From contig NC_043005.1 of NCBI RefSeq assembly GCF_006345805.1, positions 21,452,001 to 21,516,000 on the forward strand: a DNA stretch of 64,000 bases, written 5' to 3'. Position 1 is the first letter of the stretch. Each line of letters opens with the position of its first letter. The notes beneath the pieces are model-generated. The model saw only the letters and a list, made by a program, of their open reading frames with translations, made no database searches and was not told the origin of the DNA. Origin of the DNA: Octopus sinensis (taxonomy: Eukaryota). The translations under genes were made by a program, and so were the position numbers. This document shows, in pieces, positions 37,601 to 52,460 of this stretch.

Positions 37601-40600
37601 TCTGCCAGCTCGTCATCCTTATTATTATTACAATTACTAAAGCAGTGAGCTAACAGAATCGTAAGCATGCCAGACAAAATGCTTAACAACATTTCATCTA
37701 CCTTTGTGTTCTGAGTTGAAATTCAACTGGTTAACTTTGCCTGTTGTCTTTTTGGGGTGAATAAAATAACTATTGGCTGGTCATTGGGTTCAGTGTAATT
37801 GATTAGCCATTTACCACAAAAGTTCAGGCCTTGTATTCATAGTAGAAAGAATTATTATTACTATTACTGCTACTAATATATTTGAATCTTGAGCATGTTC
37901 TGCTCCAGGCTTTGGCTGGAATAAAACTTGATGCTGATAGGCAGTTCAAGTGCATGAGATGCCACAGCAAACCTGTCAGCCTTTTCCTGAATTCCTTCCA
38001 ATGTGTCAGAAATCAGAGCACAATCATCAGCAAACAGAAAGACTTGGTTTTTTTCTGTAATGTGAAACTTTGCCATTTTAGGTTTAATAGACCTCCTTCA
38101 ATGCAAAACTAGAATTTTGCACCTTCATAGTAATCCCTGAAAGTATGTTAGAGCATCATTGAAAAAGGATGTGGTAAAAGCACTGGAGCTAAAACACGGC
38201 CCTGTCTGGTTCCTGTAACAACAGAAAATGAGTCTGAACATTGACTACCAGATATCACTGTCACCATCATTCCTTTATGCAGGAATACTATTGCACTTAT
38301 TGTTTTATCAGGAAGACCAACTTTTCACAAAATTTTCAAGAGTGCCTCACAGTTCATTGTATCAAAAGCCTTGGCCAAATCGACAAAGACGATGTAAAGG
38401 GCAGTATTTTGTTCATATGCTTTCTCTTAAATTTGTTAGAGGTCAACTATACCTCTCCCAGCCCAAAACATACATTTAGATTCAGGGTATATGCTATTTA
38501 TTACATGTTTATTGATGCAGTTAAGGATCACCCTTACAAAAAATTTTCCAGTTAGGCACAAGCTTATTCCTTTGTGATTATCATATACACTCTTCTTTAT
38601 CTTGTGTTTGTACAAGTACATTATAGATGCATCTTTGAATTGTTAGGGAAAAGATTCAGTTTCTCAGATCAAACAGATCAATCTGAAAATTTCTTAGTAG
38701 TTGTCTGCCACCACTCTTGTACACCTCTGTGGGAATACCATCTTGTCCAGGAGCTTTACCATTGGAAAGTTTTTTAATAGCAGTATTTATCTCTTCCTAG
38801 GAGGGATTTTCCACAAGTTCCTCTGTTATGCAAGGGTTTTCAAAATTAAGATAAACTAAGTCTAAAATATACTCTCCTTCATTTTCTACAATGCTCTTCC
38901 ATCTATTTAGTAGACTTTCAAGGCCCCTCTTACAAAATTCACTTACCCATGATAAAAAAATACTTCTCCAGTAATGTTCTGACCTTGTCTTCAGAATTCA
39001 TATTTTTTTCCGTCCAAATGATTTTGAAGACTGCGGAATAAATGATTATCAGATGAGGTAATGTCCAACGAATATGGTGGGTAATTCATTGTTTCCCATT
39101 CAAACTGCTCCAGCCTTTGGAATGTCATCCTTGCTGTATAAGCATTTTCCTGGTGGAAGAACATCTTTCATCTTGAAACCAACGATAGTCATTTTCCTTC
39201 AAGCACTGACTTAAGCTGCTCATGGTAGATCTCCTTTGTTATCATTTCGTTTGGGTTTAAAAGTTCAAAGTAGACTAAGCCTTTCATATCCCACCAAACA
39301 GATGACACCTTACATGGGTGAAGACCTCCTTTAGCCTGGGATACTGGTGTTTTTCCTTTCCCTACCCATTGCCTTCAGCACTTGGATTTTTATAGAGAAC
39401 CCATTTCTTGTCACTAGTCACTATTCGGTCCAAAACAGTTTCATTCGTAAGACATGACAACAAAGAAGAGCACACATTCACTCTCTACATGCAGTTAAAC
39501 TTAGAAAGTTTGTAAGAAACATATTGACCCAATTTGCTGACTTTTCCAATGGCATGTAGGTGTCGATGAATGGTTAAATGACCAACTCCAAGCATCTCTG
39601 CTAGTTCCTCAACAGTTATGATGGGATTTTGTTCTACCAGGTTTTGCAGGACATCCTTGTTGAGCTCTACAGATCTTTCAGGATAAGGTTCATCTTCTAG
39701 GCTGTAGTTTCCAGCTTGGAATTTCTGGAACCACGGTAGACACTAGCTTACACTTATTGTCCAATCCCCATATACTGCATTAATATTTCTTGCACTTTCC
39801 ATTGCATTATTGCCTTTATTGACCTCATAAAGCAAAATATGCTGAATATGCTCCTTTGTCACTTTCATTATAGCTTTGAAAAAATAACTGTTAAAATAGA
39901 ACTGCACTCTTCAAAACTTGCACTAAAAACAAGTACAAGTTAAAATTAGTACCTGCTTTTATAGCAAATTGATGCAGGTAATTTATCCCATCCTCTTCCG
40001 ACTTTTAGTTCATGCAATTAAGAAAACTGCATTATTTATGGGATGACCCAATATTTAAAGGTATTGAGCTGGCACATTAGAACTCATAACATAAAGACCG
40101 ATGAAATCCATTCTGAGTTCAAATTCTGCCAGGTTGACCTTGCCTTTCATCCTATTGGGCTTTTGTTTAACATTAAATGACCACAAGGACACTTCACATG
40201 CTGGTTGACCATTGTTTAAATTATGTTTAGATTCTACAAAAGCACACCATTAGAAAAGGAATGTACAAATGGATTACATGCAACTTAAATCTTGAAACAA
40301 GGTTTCAAATGAGTCTGAGGATGTTCTACATTCACATGAACTCTAAGTTGTCATTTTGTGGATCAATTATTTGTTTATAATAAATTTCCAATCCATGCCA
40401 GCATGGAAAACAGTTATTAAAGAATGATAATGATGATAATGATACTCATTAAAATAAAATTATGCACCAGATACTGTATAAAATTTAATGTGTGTATGAG
40501 AGAGTATAAAATGTACTTTTTATTTCCTTTCTATTTTTTCTAGCCTATGATGATCTTTTCACATTTAAAAAAACTTCTATACCAGAGAAGGATACATTAA

Positions 40601-43600
40601 AACGGCTGAAGAACAAGAGCTTAAAGGACTGTTATAAAGCTTGTTATAAAAATTCAGAATGTCACTCTTTTGAGTATAATAAAAAAGCTAAGTTCTGTGA
40701 TCAAAGTAATGCAACCCACTTGACTGATGACCTTCAACCCAATAAAAAGGGTTGGGATACTTACGTCTTTAACCCAGGTCAGTAAAATGCTTTCACTTTA
40801 TTTTTTGAGTGTGAATATGTATGTATATGTTCATGTGTATTTACATAAAGATATACCTGTTTATAATACACACATGCACATGCACATACATATAGTTGTA
40901 CATCAGTGCAAAGGGACCCTGTAGCTCATAGTCAACAGCTTGTTAGCATCTCACATACATGAGGCTTGGATAAAACAATCGAAGGAAAAACTAATCAATC
41001 AATAAGATTTATTAATTTATTTTTATTACATTCACTTCATTCCATAAATAACTTTATGAAGTAATTTTGATAAGATGACAAATTCTGCACAACTTCAGGT
41101 TCAGTTGTCACTTACTTTACACAGTATATGATAAACATATGAATAATAAAAATGAGCTAATCCATTTAAGTACAACATGTTTCTGAAGCTGATATATTCA
41201 CACTATAAGTGTAATTATGTCATAATATTACTATCAAATAAAATTCTACATTATGTATTGATGTGGAATTGAAGTATATTCTGACACAATTGCACTTATA
41301 TTTGAATTTTTGTTTTGCTTTACAAATATGTTGTACTTAACTGCATTTGATCATTATTATTGTTATCGATATGGTATTTCAGCCAGGGGAGTCTGGCAGA
41401 GTAAGTATCAAGCTTAAAAAGGGGTACTTGGTTGTGTTGTTATATGTATTTTGTGCATGTGCACATGACTGTGTGTGTGTATGGATAAATGTGTTTATAT
41501 ATATATATGTACCTAAACAAACCAACCATCATGTTCAGAATTCTTCTAAGGCTGGGGTCCTATACCATTCATGTGATACACTATTCAGGCTCACAACACA
41601 TAACAATGCAGCACAATTACTTCTCAGCAACAGACCCTGCTCTGTTTAATATTTTTCCTAAAACAAACCAAAAAAAATATTGTAATCTTGAAACGGTGTC
41701 TGGACAAATTTCTTACTAAATAAGTCACCTGTAGCTGGATATATATCATTCAATGCCAACTCCCTAATTGAATTGGCTATGACACCACAAAAGTTAACTT
41801 AGAATCAGTTTAACTGATTCTATCAGTTGGTGCTATTAAGTTACGCATGTGACAAAAGAGTAATTAATAGACCTAATACAGTGACCAGGCTCCCAAATTG
41901 TCTTAAGTATTGTGATCAGAGCAATCAAGGATAGGAAGGTAGGAAAAGTAGCTGGCCCATCAGGAATCATTACTGTTATGCTTAAAATATCTGGTAAATT
42001 GGATTACAGGCTAGTTACTAAAGTAGTCACTCATGTAATACAGGAAAAATCATAAACAATGATTAGAGTAGCCTCAACTGCTACAAATGCAACAGTTTTA
42101 ACATTGTCATAATCTCCTCATAGTCACTCTCCTCGTAAAATACTCACACCATTGATGTCGATTTCTGTTTTCAATTCCAGTTAATGACAAAATAAACTGT
42201 GGACCACCAAGAGACATTGTTGGTGCATCAAAGTCCTACAGTTCCACCACCTACAGAGGTGAAGTGACTTACACATGTCCACATGGAGAGAAACTAAAGT
42301 CAAAATGTGGAAATGACTATAAATGGACTTCAGTAAATTCTACATGTGAAGGTAATGCAAATAGCTTCTCTCTTTTTGTCTCTGTCTATGTAATTTTGTT
42401 TTATTTTTATGCTAAATGTCTTTTTCAGAGTAGGACTGGCTGATTCTATGGCAATTTCTGCAGTGATTGTGGGTGGTGGAAGGAAGGAAGGAAGGAAGCT
42501 TTCCTCAGATCAGAAACCTCTTCAAATGCTTGCAACAGAGTGTACATCATCGATTCTACCGAAGGGCCAGGTATTAAAATGGATGATGAATTAAGTCTGC
42601 CAACCAAATAATCAAATAGGAGAAATACAGAAGTTTCTCCTTCCAGCAGGCCTCCACATAGCTTTCATCTACCAAATTTCATCCTTAGTTGTGGAGCAAA
42701 TTTTTAACCGCATAAGCAAGACTCCACCCAGGACCACAGAGTTGTGAAGTAACCTTCTTAACCTCACAGTCATACTTGAAGGAGTCTATGTGTATTTTCT
42801 CTTGATTTCTCACTTTTTCACCAGTACCATGTACTATCATCGAAAACTCTGTACAGTATAATGCTTCCCAGAATTCAGCAATCCTCTGAAATAGTCTTCT
42901 AGTGCACTACTGATTCTTTCAATCCACCATCCTTAATTATACTTTCTACCATAGACACAAGGCCTGAAATTTTACAGAAGGTACTAGTCAATTACCTCAT
43001 CTCTAGTGCTTGACTAGTATTTATTTCATTGACCCCAAAAGAATGAACAGCAAAATTAACCTTGGTGGAGTCTGAACTTGAAACATAAAAACAGATGAAA
43101 TGCCACTAAACATTTTGCCTACTGTGCTTATGTTTCTTCCAGCTCACTACTATAAATACAACTTATAATAATAATGGTTTTCCCTTTATTTACAAGGCCA
43201 GGAATTTTTGCTGGAAGGAGTATAATTCTTACTATTAACTTCAATATTAAGATGAAACTATATTTTATAAACCTCAAAATGGACAGGAGTCAAAGTTCAC
43301 CTTTGTCAAATTTTAACTCAGAACATAAAGAACCTGAATACATAATGCAAAGGATTTCTGCCAATGTTCTAATGATTCTTTGGGTCAACAATCCTTAATT
43401 ATAAAATTAATAATGATGATTTCTTTTATTCCTCCCCAATGCCACAGTTTAGGTTGATGACAGAGAGACATATTTTGTGGTGGATTACAGAAAATATAAG
43501 TGCACGTGATATACACTTGGAAAAGATGATGTTACACTCCTGTTGATACAGGAATACTTCAAGTGCTACCAGTTGAAAGATCTGTATACTAGATGATAGC

Positions 43601-43900
43601 AAGATTCTGCACCTGTCCCCCTTCACTGAAATGAGATGCCCACTTGCTAGATCAACTGGTAATCAGGTTTCACTCAATAGTCTTCTAGCCATTGGTCCTC
43701 ATCTCTTTTTAACCAAATCCAGCAGCTTGTATTTTCCTCTGCAGTTTGGATATCACTCATGGTGGTATTTGCTTAACGATGAGCTAGGCTTATTGATAAC
43801 AACAGTTGCCTCACACTGTGTCCAATGAATCCTCTACATCCAACTTTGATTGGAAAATACTCCACACTCCAGCTTGCATCTTCACATTCCTTGAGGACGT

Positions 43901-43953
<53 letters not shown>

Positions 43954-44166
43954 CATGTGTATATATGTGTACATACAGATATGTATATATGTATGTGTAT
44001 ATACACACACACACACATAAATATATATATAGCCTATGGAGTGGTTAGTGTTAGGAAGGGCATCCATCCATCCATAAAAACCATGCTAAAACAGAAGCAT
44101 GATGCAGGCGCCTCCTGTCAAACCGTCAAACAATGCCAGTATGGGAGGAGGACATTAAACAATGAT

Positions 44167-44209
<43 letters not shown>

Positions 44210-44399
44210 GATGTATGGTATGTATATGTTTGTGTGTATGTATACATACACACAATAACACATATATTTATGAGTAAAATTGTTTACAGTAGAAGAGAAG
44301 AAAGGTGATTTAGTAAGATATTAAAAAGTAAACAGACAGTAGTGGTAGTGGAAATTAAGATTGTGCGTAATATGATAGTCAGATAGTTTATCATTAGTA

Positions 44400-44473
<74 letters not shown>

Positions 44474-47400
44474 ACAGAAGAAAGTTTAATGAGATGAGAG
44501 AAGAGTTTGCAGATATTGTTTTCATGAAGCATAGCAAGCAATATCAATGAAAAGAGAAACAAAATGAAAATAAAAATCATGATGAAAGAGAGGAAAACAG
44601 ATCAAGGAAATAAAATTAATATGGGAGGAGGATACTAAGCCATATAGATTAAACAAAACACAGTGAATATTTATCACAATAGGAAGAAACAGAGATACAA
44701 ATCAAACTAAATAGTATTTAGAAATGTCTTACAATAATTGTGCTTGTCATTGCATTACTTAACCTGTTGGTAACAGTTACACATGATTAAAGAAAAAGGA
44801 GATAGAAAAAGAAGATAAAGTGAAGAGTAAAACAGAAAGAGAGAGAAAGTAAAAGCGGGAGAGAGAAAAAACAGAGAGAGAAGCGTCCATGATAGGGGGA
44901 ACATAATATTTATTATGTGGTTAAAAAGTTGAAGATATTGATATAGAGGAGTGTTAGGAATATAATTTTAGCAGAAGGGTGATGTTCTGATGGTGAGATT
45001 AAAGAAAGGCAGAGAGAGGGGAGAGTGAGATGATGGTGATGGTGGAGTTGGCAGTAGTGAAAAGTAATTTTTAAAAAAAATTGAACTAAGCTTTTTATAT
45101 CACCTATCACTTTATACATGCACATTCGAAATCGATCAATGGAAATCGATCAATGGAAATTGCAGATGTGTTACCAGTGCCGGTGGCATGTAAGAGAACT
45201 TTCCGTTTCGCGACCGTTGCCAGCACCGCCCCGTTTTGTGTCCGTTGCCAGCCTCGCCTGGCCCTCGTGCCAGTGGCACATAAAAAGCACCATCCGTTCG
45301 TGGCCGTTTGCCAGCTCTGTCTGGCACCAGTGCGGGTGGCACGTAAAAAGCACCCACTACACTCACGGAGTGGTTGGCGTTAGGAAGGGCATCCAGCCGT
45401 AGAAACACTGCCAGATTTGACTGGGCCTGATGAAGCCTTCTGGCTTCACAGACCCCAGTAGAACCGTCCAACCCATGCTAGCATGGAAAACGGACGCTAA
45501 ACGATGATGATGATGATGATGATGATTCCAATCTTGCCATTCGCTTTAGAAAGAAACCGGTTTCCTATTCATCTGTCATATGCAACGACTATCAATAAAT
45601 CAAAAGGGCAGATATTTGATAAAGTGGGTTTGTTCATACCTGAACCTGTATTTGGCTATGGTCAGCTATATGTTGCATTCTCAAGGGCTCACAAATTATC
45701 AGATATGACTGACAAACCAGGAAAAAGAAGAAGGAGAACTTACACAAAGAACATAGTCTGCAAAGAAGTATTGGACTGAAAGATGTAAGCAAATTGAAAT
45801 GGGTATTGGCTTTGACCCAACCCCTTGACTTATAAGTTATCGACAATGTGGTCTTCAGAGCATGCCATCCATGTTGCATTAAATTTTTACCCCTGTGAAA
45901 TTGTGACTCCTATATTTTACATATAAAATATTTTTTTTTACGATAAAATGTTTGTTTTCTAGATATGAAATTGTGATCATGTAAATTTTAAAATGTAATT
46001 TTTTTCTGTTTATGGGGGAAATGGAAAAATAAGAGTAAATATTTATTTTATTAGTGTTGTGTATTAAGTCTATGAAATTATGCATAAATTATGTAAAGTA
46101 TATATATGAAGTCCATTAAGTAATCATCGTATTCCAGTTTCCTTCACTTTTCAATGAAAAGCAGATGAGCGACTATCTTTTAATACAGATACAATACAAG
46201 CTATACTTTCAGGTATAACCCAACAGGTTTTCTTTTAATTCCATGAAATATAGGTCCTGCTAGTATAATTATAAATATAAGACAGGTATATACAAAAAAA
46301 ACACATCAATAATTCATACCAGAAATAGGGTTAAAATTTAAAAGATCAACATATAGGGAGTTTGCTGGAAAATCCAATTTCTGTGTGTCCTCAGTGTTTA
46401 TTGTTCCTCCACATCTGCCACATACAAGACTAATTTCTCTATTAACCTTGCAGTAATTCCACTGCACCTCTCATATGTCCATATGTTACACTGAGTACAG
46501 CATATGGAATGCCTATCAACACCTCTCCTACTTATTTATCAGGGCACACATACATAATTTACATGCAACATTGATTTCTGTTTTGAATTTCAGCTTATAA
46601 AGACATTGACTGTGGAAATCCAAAAGACATTGCTGGTGCAGCAAACTCCTACGAAGCCACCACCTATAAATCTGAAGTGACCTATACTTGTCCAGAGGGA
46701 GAAAAAATAAAGTCAATATGTGAAAAGGACAACAAATGGACTCCAATTGTGGAAACCTGTGACGGTAACATAAGCTGCTTCTTTTTTGTGCTCTCTGCCT
46801 ATGTAATTTTGTTTTAATTTTGTATTAAATGTGTTTGTCAGAGGAAGATTGACTGAATGTGTGACAAGTTCCTCAGTGGTTGTGGTTGTTGGTGGGGAAG
46901 CTCTAGTTATCCTCAGACCAGAGATCACACAAATGCTTACAGCAAAATGGACGTCATAAATTATACCCAAGAGCCAGGTAATGGTATTAAACTAGATGAT
47001 GGATTAAGTCCACCGAGCAAGAGCTGGAAGTGTGAACAGTTTTTTCCTTCTGCTGCAGGCTTCCACATTACTTGCATCCTGTATATTTCATCCACAAAGC
47101 TTAGTTATGAAGTGAATTTTTAACCATGCAGACTAAACTCTACCTACTTCAATATCATTGTAAACTTATTACCTCCAAAGCTAAATGTCTGCAACTCATC
47201 TTGATAGCCATTCTGTTATTCAAATCTCTGCACAGTATAATATCCCATTTCTTCTTTACTAAAACTCAGCAGTTCTTATAATCTTCCAATCTACCACCCT
47301 TCATCATAATATTACTACTAATGCAAATAATAATGATTTCTGATTTAAGCACAAAGCTAAGAATTTCTGAATGGAAGTGTTTAATCAATACCATCAACCC

Positions 47401-50400
47401 TGAAATTTGGTTGCAATTCACGTTATTCACCCCAACTTATATGAAAGGCAAAATTGACTTTGGTTTGATTTGAGCTGATAGCCAACAGAACCTGATTACA
47501 TATTGCAAAGCATTTCTTCCAATTCTCTAACTTGTATGCATCTCCACATGATCATCATCACCATCATTTAACATCTGTTTTCTATGCTGGCAAGTTTTGG
47601 ACAGTTGTATACTGTCCAATTAACTGCAGAGCTGCATTAGGCCTAATATCATCTTTGACATGGTTTTTAGAGGCTTTCCTAGCACTAACCACTTTACAGT
47701 GTGTACTGGATCCCTTTTGTTGGTATTTGTAAGGTCACAAATAACTTGCAACACGAAATAAAGAAAAGGAAACAAAAATCTCCCTCAACTGAGTGGGAGT
47801 GTTTTGAGAGAGCAGGACGTAGATTTGTGCCATGTGTTGAAGGCTAAGGTATGATAAAGTGACAAGCATAGGTATCTTGCTATAGAGGAGATACACTGCT
47901 TTTCCATATTATGTGATGATGGGTAAGAGTAACAGGAAGATAGATTAAAGTTGGTGATAGCCGAGTACTAGATCTTGCTCTCAAGGTAAAAGATGATGAA
48001 TATAAAGGAGAATGTAGATTGTGGATGAAGAAGGAAGAAAAGGATAGATAATTTCATAAAGGTGTGGGAAGACATTGCACTAGAAGTGGGTGTATTGAGT
48101 GATAAAAGGTGAAGCTTTAGCTGATGGTAAGTATCGGTATGAAGAGAGAGGTGAAAGATAGAAGTGGCACGGCAAGGAGGAGGTGACAAACTGCAGGACA
48201 GAAGGAGTAGAGGAGGTGACAAACTACAGGACAGAAGGAGTATCATATATCTGCAAACAGATCAGAAAGTAGGGAGAGGGAGGTGAGGAGGTGATGATAG
48301 GGGTCTGAGGGTGGCTTTAGTAAGTGGGGCAAAAAATATCAGGGTGGGGTAATCGATAGCAAATATGAGAAGGTATAGAGAATGATAGCAAACGGGAGAG
48401 GTGTTAAAGATGAAGTATGGTAGATCTAAGCTGTTGCTCAAAGAGGATGTAGAGATTACTGAAGGCACTAAAAGAGGGTGGTCAACTGAAAAGAGCCTGA
48501 GGAGGGGATGATTATGAGAGTGAGGTAATCAGTAGTGCCAAAGTGAGGTTGAAGTGTGTGCTGATTCTGCTTTCAAATGATTCCAGCAGCTGAGTAGTAC
48601 TATGTACACATTAAAAATAAAGGTGAGGATGATGATGCAATCCTCTTGAATGTAGTAGAATCTCTATCTAGGGTTAGTTGAAAACACCCATAATCAAAGA
48701 TCACCTTGAACTCCGAGGTCAGGTGTCCTCTCCAAGTATTGTTCTCTGAGCTACAGGTTTATGCACAATAATCCCCATTCACTTAAGCCACTTTTGCCAC
48801 TGCTACTTTGCTTTCAATAATTTCCCTTGAGGACAGTGTGTTCCTCTCCATCCTCCCCTTCGTTACAAATGAGATTTATAAATGTAGAGAAGGGATTGAC
48901 TAAAGAGTAAAGTCACTGTTGTCTGACCATTTAACCTCATCCACCACACAACATCATTTGCTATAGCTACCACACAGAAAAACTGCTTTCTGCTTGCCTG
49001 AAGGAAAGTGTTGGGTAATCATACCACATACACCAGCAGCTGTTTGACAGAGTTTCATAACTCTGCAATGCTTGGACATTGAATGAATTTATGCACCTCA
49101 AAGAGGCCTGCTTGATAGCACTTACATGACTTTAGATTTTATCTTGGACCAGTAGTGCCCTTTAGTAGTAGCATTGTCAATCAAAGAACTTCAAAATGTT
49201 ATCCAAGGTGTTTGCTGATCAAAAGACAACTTCAGAAAAATATTCAGGATCACTTCCTGCATGGAAACCAATAGCAAAGTGGTTACTTATTGAACCAACA
49301 TATGGTTAATTAATGTTTTACTCCCCTCATTGTGTGGTGGAGGGGTAGAATTATGTTGATGTCTTATTTTGGCCATAAAATTCAGAAGAGAGAGAGCCTT
49401 GTGAAGATAATCACTTTTTTCATCTCATTTAAAGTAAAATTTCATCAAATTAAAATTTCTTAGCATGCTACTTTAAGTAGAGAGTGTCCATATTTACTAC
49501 ATAGTTATATGATTCACTAGATGGTGATGGAAGGGAAAGGATTTTTGATTTCCCAGACAAAACTTTTCAAAATAGTAAAGTGGTGAGTTACATTCTTTTA
49601 CATTTTCAGTTCAAATCTAAACAACTATTATAATTCTGAGGTTGATTTATTTTCATTTATATATTTACTACTCTGTGTGTGGCCTTCTGTTTGAGTTAGG
49701 AACCATTATCGTTAATATTGTTACCATCAATAATAATTATAATTATTCTTGTTGTTAAGGGTAATAGGTCGACGCAATCATTTGAGCATCAGACGAAATG
49801 TGTTGTAGCATTTGTTCTGGCTCATTAGCTTCAGAGTTCAAATGCTGCTGATGTTAATTTTGCCCTCGCAGGACCAATGGAATATGATACTGGTCCGGTG
49901 TAGAAGCCAATTTCATTGATCAATTCCTACCTCAAAGTTTCTATGATGGTAAATTATTATAGTTGTTGTTGATGTTATTGTTTATTGGTTTAAATTTTTC
50001 TTTAACTCTAGATCCTCAGATTCATTTTGTGAAAATAAAAGGTGCTACTCTGGATGTACCAGGGAAGATATTGTGGAAGAAGAAAAATGTAACAACAAAA
50101 GCCTGTGCAGAAAAATGTTTGTCAGACAAAAAATGTCTATCATTTGAAATAAATAAAGAAATGGGAAAGTGTTTCTTATCAAAGCAAGCTGCAAGTTCCT
50201 CCAAGAAAATTAAGAAAGTCAAGAACAAAGATTACTACCAACGAGTGAAACGTAACTATTCTTAGTATTTTATTTTAAGAATTATCCTCTCCTCTTCTTC
50301 AGAAATTTGATTCCATTTGAATTGCGTAGAATACTTATGGACAACTATTTCTGTAAAGATATTGAAGGTTCATCTGTAAAAGAAACAAAAAATATTAAGA

Positions 50401-52421
50401 ATTGAAAAAATTCTAAAAAGACATTGTCATACAGCATTTGTTCACCTTGAACACTTTTATGCAAGTTTTCAATTGTATATTGTGTGCATGTCAGAAAGGA
50501 AATTCCTGTTCTCTTTCTTAAATACAAATAGTTGTAGTAGTGGTGGTGGCAGTGGTAGAAGCAACAACTGTGGACTTTCTTCACATCCCCATGTTGACAT
50601 GGCTTTGACAGTACTGTTAGAACACAATGTCTCATATCTTGTAGCTGTGCTACATAATCCAATATACAGAATAACAGAAAAAAATAATACCAAGCTATGT
50701 AGTTGTGTATTTCCTATATTTTCTAAAGGATAATGTAGTAAGATACCCTTCCTGTCACCAACCATTATATCACATGAAGAGAGTACATTTTCCCATATTT
50801 CTGGAATCAGAGTAGTTATCTGCAGAGACAAAAGATGATTTTCTGCTTAAAGAACAACACAGCAAACAAAATCACTCAGTGCAGCTCAAGGATTTTGTCC
50901 TTTCCTGTTGAAATCCTTCTTTGCTGAAATCCTGGACATCAGAGGAAATTCACAAGTTTTAGTGATCTCAGTAGTCAAATATTAATGGTTGCCAGGATGT
51001 CATTGCTTATGATCAAACTTTCTGGCTCAAAAATAAAAGGTGGGATCCATTTCTCTGAATATTTATGTGGAACTTTAACTGAGATGAAGTTGCAGATTTC
51101 ACTCCAATATTTATTCTTGGCACTCTCAAGAAGTTCAAGCACATTCCCAGATCAGGTTTATACAGAGGTAAAATTCAAGCAATTTCAATAATATGAACAG
51201 CTATGGCATGAAAAGGTTTAGCAAGAAATGGACATGAATCTTCAGAGAGTTTGATTTAACCATACATTACTACCAATCTATGTTCAACAAAGTGGATATT
51301 ACCTTAGAATAGAAGTCTGGTATCAGACAAGTAATATTCTTACAAAAAGTCTGAGGAGGAGAACAGATATCTTCATAGGAATTTGAGCTCCTTCTTCCAA
51401 GCTATAATAAAACATTACAAAAAGAATCTCCAATTCATCCTGAAATAGAGATATTTGTGACAGCATCCAATGCTGGGTTGGGTTTAATAAGAAGTTAGTA
51501 TAAAAAGAGCATCTTCCACCTCCACCCTCAAAAGATATTTAGAAAGAGGATAATTTGATTCAGTTCATCCTTCAAACTAAATATGTCCATGAATATAACA
51601 AGAGAATTTTTGTACTCCATTTGACACCATTTCTCAGGCATGCTTAAGTATCAAAAGCTATTTAATGCAAAGTGTTAAGCTTTGTTACTCCTGTCTAGAT
51701 AACCCAACATGCAGCATTGTGTGTTATAGCAGGAAAAGCATACACTTATCCAAATTTTATTGCAAATATCTTCTTGTGTCTGTCAAAATCACTCCACATC
51801 TCTACTGAAAGAATTCTGGCTATTTATGACAGTAATCTATAGAACAGCCTTCACTTCACATAGACTCATACCTATTAACTTCAAGAAGAGTTTCAAACAG
51901 CAAGCATACTCCTTCAAGTTCAGGTATAGGAAAAAGTCCACCTCTCTTGTTCTGTTTTATCTGGGGAGTTCAAGAACGGGAATTATTTTCCCATATAACT
52001 TCAAGTATACTCACCAAACCTACTCCCTAATCATGAGGCAATTATTGTTTCTTGGAAAAAAGGAATAGGTAGCAAGTGGTGGAGAGAAAAAAAATAAGTG
52101 GGAAAAGACTGAATGATATAGCATTAAAGAGGATGGAAAGTAAGGGTATACTAGTAAATAATTAAATAGAAAAATAAATAAATAACTGAAATGGTGAAAC
52201 ATATATAGGAACTAAATATTTATACTGGTTTTTATCTTATTTCCCATTATGCATGCTCTGTATATTATAATTAGTACACTGCTAAGTACAGTGGAAAGAA
52301 TATCCACTACACTAGAAAGATAAATAATAAGGGTAATCTACATGGAGAACTCTAACTGATACAATAGTAGCTATATATATAACTGTACACACAATATAGA
52401 TAGACAGACACACAGACAGCA

Positions 52422-52460
<39 letters not shown>

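Noticed and set aside
45504-45779. Host PIF1 helicase gene
   Set aside because: Only the last motifs are present, fused to a retroposon tail, with the catalytic-region consensus decayed and no further exons
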